DNA from: an uncultured Verrucomicrobiae bacterium
Lineage (GTDB): Bacteria; Verrucomicrobiota; Verrucomicrobiia; Limisphaerales; Palsa-1400
Reading direction: 5' to 3'
Length of the DNA stretch: 64,000 bases
Assembly: GCA_963764165.1 (NCBI GenBank)
Contig: CAVXRD010000002.1
Span: 1,088,001 to 1,152,000 of the forward strand
Shown here: piece by piece, positions 22,801 to 33,406 of the stretch
How positions within the stretch are numbered: the stretch's first letter is position 1
Layout: each line of letters begins with the position of its first letter
Translations under genes and position numbers: made by a program
Notes under the pieces: model-generated
Seen by the model: the letters and a program-made list of their open reading frames with translations, nothing else
What the model was told of the DNA's origin: nothing
Database searches by the model: none

Positions 22801-24408
22801 ATGCAGACAAAGCCGGACGCACAGCTTTTGCGAGATTACGCCGAACTCGGCCGCGAGGACGCCTTCGCCGAAATCGTCGCGCGACATACGGGCCTGGTCT
22901 ACTCCGCCGCGCTCCGGCAAGTCAGTTCGCCTGATATCGCGGCGGAAGTGGCGCAGGGCGTTTTTATTGGATTGGCGCAGGCGGCGAAATCATTGTCGCG
23001 GCGAATCGGGCAGGACGCGTCACTGGCGGGCTGGCTTTGCCGAAGCGCGCGCAACATCTCACACAACCACCGCCGTGATGAATTTCGCCGCCGCCGGCGC
23101 GAAGAACTCGCTATGGAAAATATCGATGCAGCCGCCGAACCGGATCACGAATGGGAGAAACTGCGCTCCACCCTCGACGATGCGATGGCGGATCTGGATT
23201 CAACCGATTACGACGCGATCGTCATGCGTTTTTTCCGCAATCAGGATTTCCGCTCCGTGGGCCAGGCGCTCGGCGTCAGCGATGACACGGCTCAAAAACG
23301 TGTTTCGCGCGCGCTGGAAAAATTGCGCGATCTCCTGAGGCATCGCGGCATTCAGACCACCGCCGCCGCGCTGTCAATCACACTTTCAGCGAAAGCCATC
23401 CATGCCGCGCCGGCCGGGCTGGCGGCCAGCATTTCGTCCGCAGCCATGCTTACGCAAAGCGCCGCCACCACTTCAACCGCCATCACCGTCACCAAAGGAA
23501 TTCTTATGACAACTGTTCAAAAAACACTCGTGGCCGCCGCCTTTGCCGCGGCGCTTGGCGCCGGAATTTACGAAGCCCGCCGCGCTGGATCCCTGCAGGA
23601 GCAAACCAGGGCGCTCGCCGCCGAACACGACACGCTTGCGAAACTGTTGGCGGACGAACGCGAGAAATCCTCGCGCGCGCTGGCGGCAGCCGCGGGGCCG
23701 AAGCCTGGCGCGCCCAACCAGCAATCAGAGATTCTGCGGCTGAGGTCACGGGTCGGCCAGTTGCAGGATCAATTGTCCAAAGCGCTGGCCGCCGAGAAAA
23801 ACCCTTCGTCGCCTGAAATAACTTCATGGCTCGACCGCGTGAAAAAATTGAAGGACAAACTCGCGCAGGCGCCCGAGCGGTCCATTCCGGAATTTCAAAT
23901 GCTCACCGAGCAGGACTGGCTCGACGCCGTCAGGGACATCCGACAGCTTGAGAGCGACGAGGATTTCAACAAGGCGCTGAATGCGCTGCGGGAAGCTGCC
24001 AAGCGCACAGTGAGCAACACTTTCCAAGGCGCGATGCAAGCGTATGCCAAGGCCAACAACGGCGCGCTGCCGGGCGATTTTTCACAACTCCAACCCTATT
24101 TTGCGACGGCGCCGGACGATTCCGTTTTGCAAGGCTACGAGTTCGCGCAGCCTGGCACTGTAATTTCGAAAAACACCTCATTGGTCGATCAAAACGGCAA
24201 TTACTACTCGTCGCAGCTAAAGATAAGCATGGACGGCATAGGCAGCTCTACGACCAGCGAGGATACATTGCACCAAGCCATCCAATCCTATCTGGCCGCG
24301 AATAATGGGCAAACGCTCACCGACCCAACCCAACTGCTGCCCTACGTGACAACCCCCGAGGAGAAAACCGCGCTGCAAAAGATTTTACAAGGGCGAGCCC
24401 CGCATTGA
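22801..24408 (+). CDS. ECF-type sigma-70 factor with a long C-terminal extension
   Basis: DAQLLRDY...AF.EIV.RH..LVYSAALR region 2; VGQALGVSDDTAQKRVSRALEKLR region 4; then a hydrophobic segment and coiled coil. Confidence 0.9.
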   Translation: MQTKPDAQLLRDYAELGREDAFAEIVARHTGLVYSAALRQVSSPDIAAEVAQGVFIGLAQAAKSLSRRIGQDASLAGWLCRSARNISHNHRRDEFRRRRREELAMENIDAAAEPDHEWEKLRSTLDDAMADLDSTDYDAIVMRFFRNQDFRSVGQALGVSDDTAQKRVSRALEKLRDLLRHRGIQTTAAALSITLSAKAIHAAPAGLAASISSAAMLTQSAATTSTAITVTKGILMTTVQKTLVAAAFAAALGAGIYEARRAGSLQEQTRALAAEHDTLAKLLADEREKSSRALAAAAGPKPGAPNQQSEILRLRSRVGQLQDQLSKALAAEKNPSSPEITSWLDRVKKLKDKLAQAPERSIPEFQMLTEQDWLDAVRDIRQLESDEDFNKALNALREAAKRTVSNTFQGAMQAYAKANNGALPGDFSQLQPYFATAPDDSVLQGYEFAQPGTVISKNTSLVDQNGNYYSSQLKISMDGIGSSTTSEDTLHQAIQSYLAANNGQTLTDPTQLLPYVTTPEEKTALQKILQGRAPH

Positions 24409-24681
24409 CGGGGGCGAATGCGGGTGTGATTGCAAAAGAAGTAATGCGCACACGCATTTAGGCGCGGCTGTGTTCGACGGAGCGAAGCGACAATGAATCA
24501 GCCGCAGCACACTGGAATTAGCAGGCGCGCGTGTCCGTTCAACGCACTGCGGCTGGTCTTCGACACAGCCGGGCCCCGCCTGACCGGCTGCGTCCCTCAC
24601 CCGCTTCTAATCACTCCCGGCGGACGCGCCGTTCGCCGAGCGCGTTTGACATTCACGGATTTGAAGCGTCATGCTTTCGGC

Positions 24682-26775
24682 ATGCGTTGGATGATTGTTT
24701 GGAACTGCCTGGCCTGCGCGATGGCACTGTGCACGAGCGCGACAGCGGATGAAATCAAGCCTCTCGCGTTTGCCGGTGAGGTGGAGACCCTGGATATCAA
24801 CCAAGTCCGCACCAATGGCGCGTCCGTGTCGCGAGTTTCCTCGGACGGGCGCCAATGCTGGCGCGTAGCGACAGGCCACCAAACGGACTGGCCCGGCATT
24901 TCGATTCGCGCCCCGCACGAGCATTGGGACTTGTCGCCCTTTGCGGAAGTCCGCATCGTTGTCAAGAATATCGGGTCGAATGCGCTTCCGATTTGCAGCC
25001 GGATCGATAATCCGGGCGCGGATGGAAAAAGCCATTGCGTCAACGGCAATTTGACCCTCGCGCCAGGGCAATCCGGCACGCTCGTTGCCGTCCTGGATCG
25101 AAAGTCCGAGAACGCCGTTTTCGCAAAGTTGTTCGGCATGGTCGGCTATCCGGGCAAGTGGGGCAGAGTGGGCACGATTGATCCGTCCAACGTCACCCAG
25201 CTCATTGTCTTCATTGCCAAACCGGCAGAAGATCATCTGTTCGAGATTTCCAGCATTGAGGCGGCGGGCGCCTACGTTGCGCCTGCCGTCTGGACCGGCG
25301 ATGCGGATTCGTTTTTCCCATTCGTCGATGCATTCGGCCAATACAAACACAGCGACTGGCCCGGCAAAACCAGGTCGGTGGCAGATCTCGCCGCCGCACG
25401 CGAGGCGGAAGACCGCGAATTGAAAGCGAAGAGCGGTCCTGACAATTGGAATAGTTACGGCGGCTGGACCGCTGGACCGAGTCTCGAAGCCACCGGCTTT
25501 TTCCGCGCGCAGAAAGTCAACGGGAAGTGGTGGCTGGTCGATCCATCCGGCCATTTGTTTTTTTCCAACGGCATCGACACCATCGGCTACGGCGACATGA
25601 CGCCGATTGACGAGCGGACAAATTGGTTCGAGAAATTTCCCGGAGACGACCAGGAATTTCCACATTTTCTGGAACACCAGCATTGCCTTTTGGGCCATTA
25701 CGCGGGCCGCTCGCCCCTTTGCTTTTCGTTCGTCAAAGCAAACTTGCAGAGGAAATACGGGCCGGACTGCCCGCTTCATTATCCCGCGCTTGTGCATCGC
25801 CGGCTGCGAAGCTGGGGCATCAATACCATTGGCAACTGGGCCGACCCAGGCGTCACGGCTGTACGTTTGACACCATATGTGGATTCCATCGGCAGCTGGG
25901 GAGCCAGGATGATTGAGGGCAGCGGCGGTTATTGGGGCAAATTCCCGGATGTCTTCGATCCATCCTTCGCGCCATCCATCCGCCGTTCCATGGCGGAAAA
26001 AGCGAAAACTTCCGCGGGTGACGAATGGTGCGTCGGCTACTTTTCCGACAACGAGATGTCCTGGGGCAGCGAAACCTCGCTGGCGCTGGCCGCCTTGGCG
26101 TCCGGGGCGGACCAGGAAGCGAAGAAAGTCTTCATCGCCGACCTCAAGGCGAAATACGGTGACATCGCCAAACTGAATGCTGCTTGGGGCACAACGCTTT
26201 CGTCGTGGGACGCGATGCTCCAGGAAACAATCAAACCCGATGCGGCCAAAGCGCGTGTTGATTTGACAGCGTTCTACACCAAACTCGCCGAGGAATATTT
26301 CCGCTCCGTGCGAAACGCGATCAAGGAAGTCGCGCCGCACCAGCTTTATCTCGGATGCCGGTTCGCCGAGGGCAATCCCCTGGCCTCCGCCGCCGCGGCG
26401 AAATATTGCGATGTCGTCAGCTTCAACATTTACAAGCGAAGCGTGGCGAATTTTGTATTTGACGGCGGAGCGGACGTCCCGATTCTCATTGGAGAGTTTC
26501 ATTTTGGGGCGATGGACCGCGGGCTGTTTTCGCCCGGCTTGGTTGAGCTGCCGAACCAGCAGGAGCGCGCGAACGCCTATCGCGAATATGTTCGGGGCGC
26601 CCTGCGCCATCCCCAGATTGTGGGCTGCCACTGGTTCGAATATCAGGACGAGCCTCTCACCGGCAGAACGTGGGACGGAGAGAATTATCAAATCGGCTTC
26701 ATCGACGTGGCGGACACGCCGTATCCGGAAATCGTCGCCGCCTGCCGCGACATTGGCTACCACCTTTACAAATGA
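24682..26775 (+). CDS. GH50-like (beta-agarase family, clan GH-A) glycoside hydrolase
   Basis: VDAFGQY...DWPGK, WWLVDP.G..F, GYFSDNEMSW and IGEFHFG catalytic regions, GENYQIGF. Confidence 0.82.
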   Translation: MRWMIVWNCLACAMALCTSATADEIKPLAFAGEVETLDINQVRTNGASVSRVSSDGRQCWRVATGHQTDWPGISIRAPHEHWDLSPFAEVRIVVKNIGSNALPICSRIDNPGADGKSHCVNGNLTLAPGQSGTLVAVLDRKSENAVFAKLFGMVGYPGKWGRVGTIDPSNVTQLIVFIAKPAEDHLFEISSIEAAGAYVAPAVWTGDADSFFPFVDAFGQYKHSDWPGKTRSVADLAAAREAEDRELKAKSGPDNWNSYGGWTAGPSLEATGFFRAQKVNGKWWLVDPSGHLFFSNGIDTIGYGDMTPIDERTNWFEKFPGDDQEFPHFLEHQHCLLGHYAGRSPLCFSFVKANLQRKYGPDCPLHYPALVHRRLRSWGINTIGNWADPGVTAVRLTPYVDSIGSWGARMIEGSGGYWGKFPDVFDPSFAPSIRRSMAEKAKTSAGDEWCVGYFSDNEMSWGSETSLALAALASGADQEAKKVFIADLKAKYGDIAKLNAAWGTTLSSWDAMLQETIKPDAAKARVDLTAFYTKLAEEYFRSVRNAIKEVAPHQLYLGCRFAEGNPLASAAAAKYCDVVSFNIYKRSVANFVFDGGADVPILIGEFHFGAMDRGLFSPGLVELPNQQERANAYREYVRGALRHPQIVGCHWFEYQDEPLTGRTWDGENYQIGFIDVADTPYPEIVAACRDIGYHLYK

Positions 26776-26780
26776 CCTGC

Positions 26781-26885
26781 GCGGAGCGCGGCTGTGTCGA
26801 AGACCAGCCGCAGCAACGTGGAATCGACCGGCACGCCCGGCAATGACACGCGCTGCGGCTGGTCTTCGACACAGCCGCGCTCCGC
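26781..26885. repeat. REP/REPIN-like element with a perfect 34-bp inverted repeat; degenerate copies at ~24461..24575 and ~32869..32898
   Basis: gcggagcgcggctgtgtcgaagaccagccgcagc (26781..26814) and its exact reverse complement (26852..26885). Confidence 0.85.
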
Positions 26886-26902
26886 AAGCCGGCCGGCGTC
26901 CG

Positions 26903-27793
26903 TCAGCCACTTTCAGCCACGCCGGGCTCGATGTGCACCAGCACATCGTGGACGGAGGGCATCGTTTGTTTGACCGAGTCTTTGACGCGGTGGGAAATCT
27001 CGTGCGCCGCCCGCACCGTCAATTCGGGATCGACCTCCATGTGCATGTCAACAAAATAATCATAGCCGGCCTTGCGCACGATGCATTTTTCAATCCGCAT
27101 CACGCCCGGGACTTTTCCGGCCGCCAATTTGATTTGATTGACAAGCCCCGGATTCGGCGCGGCGTCCATTAATTCATCCAGCGCGGGCCTCAGCAATCTC
27201 CAGCCGTTCCACGCAATGATGACGGCCGCGACAATCGCGGCGGCGTTATCCGCGAAGGCAAATTTCGGCCCGCCCAGCACCGCCAGCGTGATGCCGATGG
27301 CGGCCGCCAGCGAAGTGACGGCGTCGCTGCGATGATGCCATGCATCCGCGTGAACCACCATGCTCTCGGCGGATTCAGCCTCGCGCGCAACGTAGCGGAA
27401 CATCGCCTCCTTCAAAACCACCACCCCGACAAGCACCGCCAGCGTGAAGAGGCGCGGCTTGGCTTGTTCGGAGGAGGCGAGGTCATGCCCGGATTTGAGG
27501 ACGATGCCCGCCGCCGCCAGCAAGAGCATGATGGACACTGTCGCCGTCGCCAGCGGCTCCGCTTTGCCGTGGCCATAAGGATGCTCAGGATCGGCCGGTT
27601 CCGCGGCGACCACCACCGCGCGCCAGACAATAATCGAGCTGAGAATATCGGCGGTGGATTCCACGGCGTCGGCCACCAGCGCGTGCGAATGGCCGAGAAA
27701 GCCCGCGGTAAATTTCGCCACCGCCAGCACAGCGTTGACCGCCATGCCGACGAAGGTCGCTTGCAGGCTGCGCTTGAGCCGGTCCTTTGCCAC
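26903..27793 (-). CDS. Cation diffusion facilitator family transporter (FieF-like)
   Basis: S.ALVADAVES..D, HPYGHGKAE, ADAWHHRSD, VLVHIEP. Confidence 0.93.
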   Translation of the reverse strand: MAKDRLKRSLQATFVGMAVNAVLAVAKFTAGFLGHSHALVADAVESTADILSSIIVWRAVVVAAEPADPEHPYGHGKAEPLATATVSIMLLLAAAGIVLKSGHDLASSEQAKPRLFTLAVLVGVVVLKEAMFRYVAREAESAESMVVHADAWHHRSDAVTSLAAAIGITLAVLGGPKFAFADNAAAIVAAVIIAWNGWRLLRPALDELMDAAPNPGLVNQIKLAAGKVPGVMRIEKCIVRKAGYDYFVDMHMEVDPELTVRAAHEISHRVKDSVKQTMPSVHDVLVHIEPGVAESG

Positions 27794-27976
27794 GGCGAGG
27801 AATCTGGCAGGGATTGGCGCGCATCACAAGCGCGCCATTCCGCAATGGCAGGGACTCCTCTGGAAAGCGGAACTTCCGCCCGAGACGCACGAGGCCGTGG
27901 AACTTTTCCGGCGCATTCGGACTTGCGAGAGCCCCCGGAGGCCTCGGCGAGGCGTCCCTGCCATTAAAAAGCTGGA

Positions 27977-29248
27977 TCAGCTTTTGGCCAGGGATTGAGA
28001 TAGAACGGCAATCGCCTTGAGCAATTGCGCATCGTGACTTTTGCCCAGCTCATCAGCCGTCATCTCCTTTTCGGAGGACGGGCGCAGAATCGCGTCGGGT
28101 GGCATGGAGACTTTTTCATCCGGCTCGATGCCGCGATGCCAGAAAGATTGCTTATTGGGCGTGAGCCATTCCTGGACCGCCAGCAGCATGGCCGAGCCGT
28201 CGGGCAATTGGAATTGCGTCAACACCGTTCCGGTGCCGAGGGTCGTTTCGCCGATCAACTTGGCGCGATGCGAATCATGCAAGGCGCCCGCCACAATTTC
28301 CGAATCACTGGCTGAACCGGAATTGATGAGCACCGTTATTGGAATGTTTGTGGCCACGCCGTTGGATTGCACGGCGACGGGCGAAATTGCGCCCATGGCA
28401 TTTTTTTCCCACATCACATTGCCGGTCCCGATGAACTGGCTGGCGGCGCCGATGGCTTCTTCCAGCGCGCCGCCGGGATTATTGCGCAAATCCAAAATCA
28501 CGCCTTTGATCCCCTGCCCCTGAATGTCGACCAGCGCCTTGCGCAGATCAGAAGTCAACCCTTCGCTGAACATCGAAATGCGAAGGTGCGCGAGATCGGT
28601 GCCGGGCAAACGCTGCCACGTCACGTTGTTCACTTTCATCGCGGCGCGGACGATTTTGATTTCGCGCTTCTTGCCGTCGCTCGGGTTGCACAGCGTCAGC
28701 GCCACCGGCTTTCCCATTTCCCCCGCCATCCGCGCCGAAATATGGCTGATCGGCATCCCGCTGACCGAGTGGCCGTCCACTTCCAGAATGACGTCCCCCG
28801 GACGCACGCCCGCTTGCTGCGCCGGCGAGCCTTCCATGGGGGCGACGATCACGGTCTGGTGATTGGTGGATTGCGTAATTTCGACACCAATGCCGTTCAA
28901 GCGGCCCTGCACCGCCGCGCCCGCCTTGCGCGCTTCGTTGGCAGTGAGATAAACACTGTGGCCGGTGTCGCCAAGCGCCTCGGTCATCCCGGCGATTGCG
29001 CCCGCCGCCATCTGCGCATGACGCACCGCCGGGCGATCTACATAAAACCGGTCAATGATGCGCCACGCCTCGCTCATCAAGCGGAATTCCGCCGTCGAAT
29101 CGGGAGGGACGCCGGAATTCAGAAACCACCGCTCCAACCCCGCCCCCGCGCTCAGCGTCGCGACAAACAGCAAAGCGACGATATAACCGCGGCGCACACG
29201 CAAGGATATAAGCCGCAATTGGGCATCCGGGTTGTCGGTCGAATTCAT
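27977..29248 (-). CDS. S41 family C-terminal processing peptidase (CtpA-like)
   Basis: PDZ GIGV..., ILDLRNNPGG, SASDSEIVAGAL, GIEPD. Confidence 0.92.
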   Translation of the reverse strand: MNSTDNPDAQLRLISLRVRRGYIVALLFVATLSAGAGLERWFLNSGVPPDSTAEFRLMSEAWRIIDRFYVDRPAVRHAQMAAGAIAGMTEALGDTGHSVYLTANEARKAGAAVQGRLNGIGVEITQSTNHQTVIVAPMEGSPAQQAGVRPGDVILEVDGHSVSGMPISHISARMAGEMGKPVALTLCNPSDGKKREIKIVRAAMKVNNVTWQRLPGTDLAHLRISMFSEGLTSDLRKALVDIQGQGIKGVILDLRNNPGGALEEAIGAASQFIGTGNVMWEKNAMGAISPVAVQSNGVATNIPITVLINSGSASDSEIVAGALHDSHRAKLIGETTLGTGTVLTQFQLPDGSAMLLAVQEWLTPNKQSFWHRGIEPDEKVSMPPDAILRPSSEKEMTADELGKSHDAQLLKAIAVLSQSLAKS

Positions 29249-29401
29249 TACGGTGTCAAATCAAAAACGGCCCGCATCGCAAAGCCCACAGAATAAAGAT
29301 GCAACGTCATCGGCCCCATCATACGCCAGCGTCCCCGAGAACACAACGCAAGGCATTGCGGCAAAACGGCCATGGGGTGAGAAAAGAATTGCAAAGCAAT
29401 T

Positions 29402-30181
29402 TTATCGAACGAACTCCTTGTAAAACGTCGCTGCCGCAATGATGAATCCGATGGCGGTGACAATCTGCCGCACGCGAGCCTGGGAAATGCGCTGGGAATA
29501 ATGGGCGCCCAAATAATATCCCGCCACCGCCCCCACCGTCATGATGGCCGCGCGCGGCCAGTCAATCAAACCCGCGCCAATAAACCAAAGCGCGGCCATG
29601 AGATTGATGAGCGAGCCGAGAATGGTCTTGAGCGTGTTCATCTCGTAGATGTTGCGCATCCCGATGAAGCCCAGCGTGGCGAGCATCAAAATGCCAATGC
29701 CCGCGCCGAAGTAGCCTCCGTAGATGGCGACAATAAATTGAAAAAGGACCGCCCCCCAAACGTGCATGGGCTTTTCATCCTTTTTGGCGTCGCTCTGCGA
29801 ACTTGCGTAGCGCCGGAAAAAGCCCTGGGCCAGAAAAATTAGCGTCGCGAACAAAATCAGGAACGGCACCAATTTGGAGAACGTCGCGCTGCTGGTGCGC
29901 GTCAAAAGCGCGCTGCCGATCAACCCGCCCGCCACGCTCACCGGCAAAAATCGTTTCAGCAGCGGCATCACCGCCTTCGTGTATTGCCGATTCCCAAACA
30001 TCCCGCCACTGGTGCCAATGACTAGCGCCAAGGTGCTGGTGGCATTGGCAGTTACGGACGGAGTGCCAAACGCAAGAAGGGTCGGGAAGGTTAGGAGCGT
30101 GCCTCCCCCCGCGACGGCATTCACCGCCCCGCCACCAACGGCGGAAGCGACCAGCCCGACTATTTCCGCCGCAGTTAGCAT
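29402..30181 (-). CDS. Sulfite exporter TauE/SafE family protein
   Basis: NAVAGGGTLLTFP and YGGYFGAGIG, about 8 TM segments. Confidence 0.9.
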   Translation of the reverse strand: MLTAAEIVGLVASAVGGGAVNAVAGGGTLLTFPTLLAFGTPSVTANATSTLALVIGTSGGMFGNRQYTKAVMPLLKRFLPVSVAGGLIGSALLTRTSSATFSKLVPFLILFATLIFLAQGFFRRYASSQSDAKKDEKPMHVWGAVLFQFIVAIYGGYFGAGIGILMLATLGFIGMRNIYEMNTLKTILGSLINLMAALWFIGAGLIDWPRAAIMTVGAVAGYYLGAHYSQRISQARVRQIVTAIGFIIAAATFYKEFVR

Positions 30182-30301
30182 TCCAGATTAAACAATTGGG
30201 TGGAAGAACTGGCCAGCGCCATCACTTTAATCAATAGAATACCGCGTTTTTTCAATTACCACCTCGGCCAAGTATCAGTGTATGCTCTGCGAATCAATTT
30301 T

Positions 30302-31855
30302 ATGAAACAATTTTTCCTTGCGATTATTTCGGCACTGGCCATCGGGATGTCGTCATCGGTTCAAGGCCAAACCGGATCGGGCGGCGGATTCAATTACAGC
30401 GTCAATGCCGCCAATACCAACACCATCACACTCACCCTTTATACGGGAGGCAGCAATCAGGTCGTGGTCCCGGCCAGCATCAATGGCCTGACTGTCTCCG
30501 GGCTTTCGAACGGAACAAGTTCTGTCTTTCCGCACACCGTCGCCAAGGTGACCATTTCCAGCGGCGTGGCCAGCGTCGGGGAATACGCCTTTTCGAGTTG
30601 CTCCAGCTTGACCAACGTGACCGTTCCGGTCAGCGTCACAAATATCGGTTATGAGGCGTTTTTTAATTGCGGCAACCTGGCGACGGCCACCATTCCTGGA
30701 AATCTCACGAACTTCAATTTCAGCACCGAGTTTTACGAATGCTACAAATTGACGAATATCATTTTTGCCAACGGCTCGACCAGCATCGCCGCGTCTGAAC
30801 TGGCCAGCGACTTTGCCCTCACTGGCGTCACCATTCCGAATACAGTCACCAATATTGGCGCGAAGGCGTTTGGGCAATGCCCCTTCCTGGCCAGCGTCTC
30901 CATTCCCGCCAGCGTGGTTGTGATTGGGGCAAATGCATTCTACGGATGCCCGAAATTGTCGGCCATCAACGTGGATCCGCTCAACGCGAATTACAGCAGC
31001 ATCGCGGGCGTGTTGTTCGACAAGGCCGGATTGAACCTCGTCGCATATCCGGGCGGCAAAGGGAGCACTTACGCCGTGCCGAATGGCGTCACCAATATCG
31101 ACTTCGGCGCGTTCAGCGGGTCAGGCGTGGCCACTCTGACGATTCCGGGAACTGTCGCAAACGTGGCGTCGTTCACATTCGAGGCATGCACCAGCCTGAC
31201 CAATGTGACGATGCAGAGCGGCGTGTTGAATGTGGGGCAATCCGCGTTTCAAAATTGCACGGCCCTCGCCGCCGTTACGATTCCCGATACCGTTACTAAC
31301 ATTGGCCAGGCTGCCTTTGCTGCGTGCGACGATCTGTCCATGCTTTCCCTGGGCAGCGGAGTTGCGAACATTGGCGCCGGGGCCTTTGACTATGATGGCA
31401 TCACCAACCTTTTTTTATCCAGCGCCGTGACGAATCTGGGAGTCGAAGCCTTTTTCCAGTGCGAGAGTCTGTCAAGCGTTTACTTCCTTGGGAACGCGCC
31501 AGCGGCGGATTCCACTTCGTTTTCAGGCTGCCCGGCGACCCTTTATTATATGCCCGGCACGACCGGCTGGAGCACCTTCGCCAGTCAGACAGGATACGAA
31601 CCGATTTTATGGAACCCAGTCATCCAGACGGCCGACGGCAATTTCGGCGTGCGCAGCAATCAATTTGGCTTCGACATAACCGGGGCGAACAATTTTACAG
31701 TTCTGGTGGAAGCTTGCACCAACCTGGCCAATCCCGTGTGGACGCCGCTCCAGACCGTGACCCTGTCCAACGGGGCCAGTTATTTCAGTGATCCGCAATG
31801 GACGAATTATCCGGCGCGTTATTACGGGCTGGGATTGCCGGGAGGACCACCTTGA
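30302..31855 (+). CDS. BspA-type LRR_5 surface protein with C-terminal domain
   Basis: Signal peptide MKQFFLAII; VTIP..VTNIG..AF..C repeats; C-terminal VEACTNL.NPVW.PL...YFSDP..TNYPARYY. Confidence 0.88.
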   Translation: MKQFFLAIISALAIGMSSSVQGQTGSGGGFNYSVNAANTNTITLTLYTGGSNQVVVPASINGLTVSGLSNGTSSVFPHTVAKVTISSGVASVGEYAFSSCSSLTNVTVPVSVTNIGYEAFFNCGNLATATIPGNLTNFNFSTEFYECYKLTNIIFANGSTSIAASELASDFALTGVTIPNTVTNIGAKAFGQCPFLASVSIPASVVVIGANAFYGCPKLSAINVDPLNANYSSIAGVLFDKAGLNLVAYPGGKGSTYAVPNGVTNIDFGAFSGSGVATLTIPGTVANVASFTFEACTSLTNVTMQSGVLNVGQSAFQNCTALAAVTIPDTVTNIGQAAFAACDDLSMLSLGSGVANIGAGAFDYDGITNLFLSSAVTNLGVEAFFQCESLSSVYFLGNAPAADSTSFSGCPATLYYMPGTTGWSTFASQTGYEPILWNPVIQTADGNFGVRSNQFGFDITGANNFTVLVEACTNLANPVWTPLQTVTLSNGASYFSDPQWTNYPARYYGLGLPGGPP

Positions 31856-32352
31856 GAAGGGGCGTGGCGAATCATCCGCTGGAGAATCTCGGTCGTGACC
31901 GGCTTTACCAGATAATCACTCACGCCCAACGAGCGCGCTCTTTCCATATCTTTGACATTTTCGGAGCCGGTTAAAATGACAACTTGGATGTGATTGAAAA
32001 ATGGCTGAGTTTTCAGCCATTCCATGAGTTCAAATCCATTCACGAGCGGCAATTTCAAATCCAAAAATACGAGGATTGGGCGATGGCCATTGGATTTGAG
32101 AAACGCACGGGCTTCCACGCCATTGGCAACGCGAACGTATTCGCAGTGAACATCCGCCTTGGATAACGCGCGGCGGAAAAAGAAAAAATCCTCATCTGAA
32201 TCCTCCACCAGAAGCACACCCGGGCCTTGAACCACCGCCGGGATATATCCATCAACAATCTGGCGGTGAGAACGAATCTCATTCAAACTTGAGTGGAGTT
32301 CCCCAAGCAGCGCCCGCGCCTTCTCAGCGGCCTCGTGGTTGTCCGCCAGCAC
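31822..32352 (-). CDS. Response regulator receiver protein (Rcp1/CheY-like)
   Basis: VLLVEDSDED, FLDLKLP, ILTGS, YLVKP; start uncertain. Confidence 0.85.
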   Translation of the reverse strand: MLADNHEAAEKARALLGELHSSLNEIRSHRQIVDGYIPAVVQGPGVLLVEDSDEDFFFFRRALSKADVHCEYVRVANGVEARAFLKSNGHRPILVFLDLKLPLVNGFELMEWLKTQPFFNHIQVVILTGSENVKDMERARSLGVSDYLVKPVTTEILQRMIRHAPSQGGPPGNPSP

Positions 32353-32479
32353 CTTCCGAAACTCGTCGAAATCTTCTTCTTTTGCGATACGTAAATTTTA
32401 CCATGTAAACATTGCAATGCACCCTGAGCAGATTGCAAGGCATTCCCTTACACGAGTCTTACCGACTTTCGCTATAGAT

Positions 32480-32830
32480 CAGTTCGGCGGCTCTAATGGA
32501 GCAAAACGACGTGTTGTCGGGCCATTCCTTGAGGGCTGCCATGAGGGCGGCGTCGTATTCGGGCCGTTCAGCCGGCAATCCCAACTCCGCCCTCCGCACG
32601 CCAGCCCACCACCCGGGGGCACTTCTCACCTTAAGCGCGCGAGATTGTTTCAAAACCGTGACCGCTTCCTCCAGTCTATGAAAAAAGATTTTGAAGTCTC
32701 GTCCGCCAGCGCCACCCGCGCCGTAATCGAATTGGGTTTTGCCTTGATCCACCCCCTGAGGAGCGACAGCCGGTTCGTCCATTCGGCATCCGTGGAGTGC
32801 TGCGGAGGATTAGAGCCCTGTGGAAGTGCC
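32480..32830 (-). pseudogene. Frameshifted internal fragment of a DUF4034-like gene
   Basis: One frame gives EWTNRLSLLRGWIKAKPNSITARVALA and another gives FFHRLEEAVTVLKQSRAL...PGWW...ELG...YDAAL..A...WP; no start or full-length frame. Confidence 0.55.
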
Positions 32831-32980
32831 TCAATTTCGATTCCCCGACGCGCTTGGCAGTGCAACGCGCAGCGGCTGGACTTCGACACAGCCGCGCTTG
32901 ACGCAGGCACGGTGCCGCTCACTTCTAACCGCACGCAGGGGCTGACGCCATTATGCCTCGTGAAACCGGTGCTCGAGAGA

Positions 32981-33066
32981 TGGTGGTAGGTGATGGATTC
33001 GAACCATCGAAGGCGTAAGCCAGCAGATTTACAGTCTGCCCCCGTTGGCCACTTGGGTAACCTACC
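32981..33066 (-). tRNA. tRNA-Tyr (GTA)
   Basis: GGTAGGTTACCCAAGTGGCCAACGGGGGCAGACTGTAAATCTGC...GGTTCGAATCCATCACCTACCACCA with a long variable arm and encoded CCA. Confidence 0.97.
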
Positions 33067-33406
33067 ATTTGCCGGACCGTCCAACATCGGATCATCTCGC
33101 GTCCCGATTCGTGATCGAACGGTCATCTTATCCGCTCATCGCAGACCGCGCAACAATGAACGCGAACTCGGACGAGCGTCGGACCGCGAGAAAAAACAAC
33201 CCGCCTCCTGCCTTCCAAAGAGGGCAAAGGGCGGTCAGTCTCCCGCGTTCCGCAGCGCCTCTAATATGTCACCACCGCCCCTTTTCTGGCAAGAATCAAA
33301 TCGGCCAGCAGAATTTTTCGACGAAATCTTGAACCTGCTCCCGCTTCTGCGCTCCAACTGGAATGGAAAAGAGCCAATTTTCATCGATCAAAAGCCCGTT
33401 GGACGC

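Noticed and set aside
32981..33066. Genomic island integrated at tRNA-Tyr
   Set aside because: I found no duplicated tRNA 3' end and no integrase in the window.
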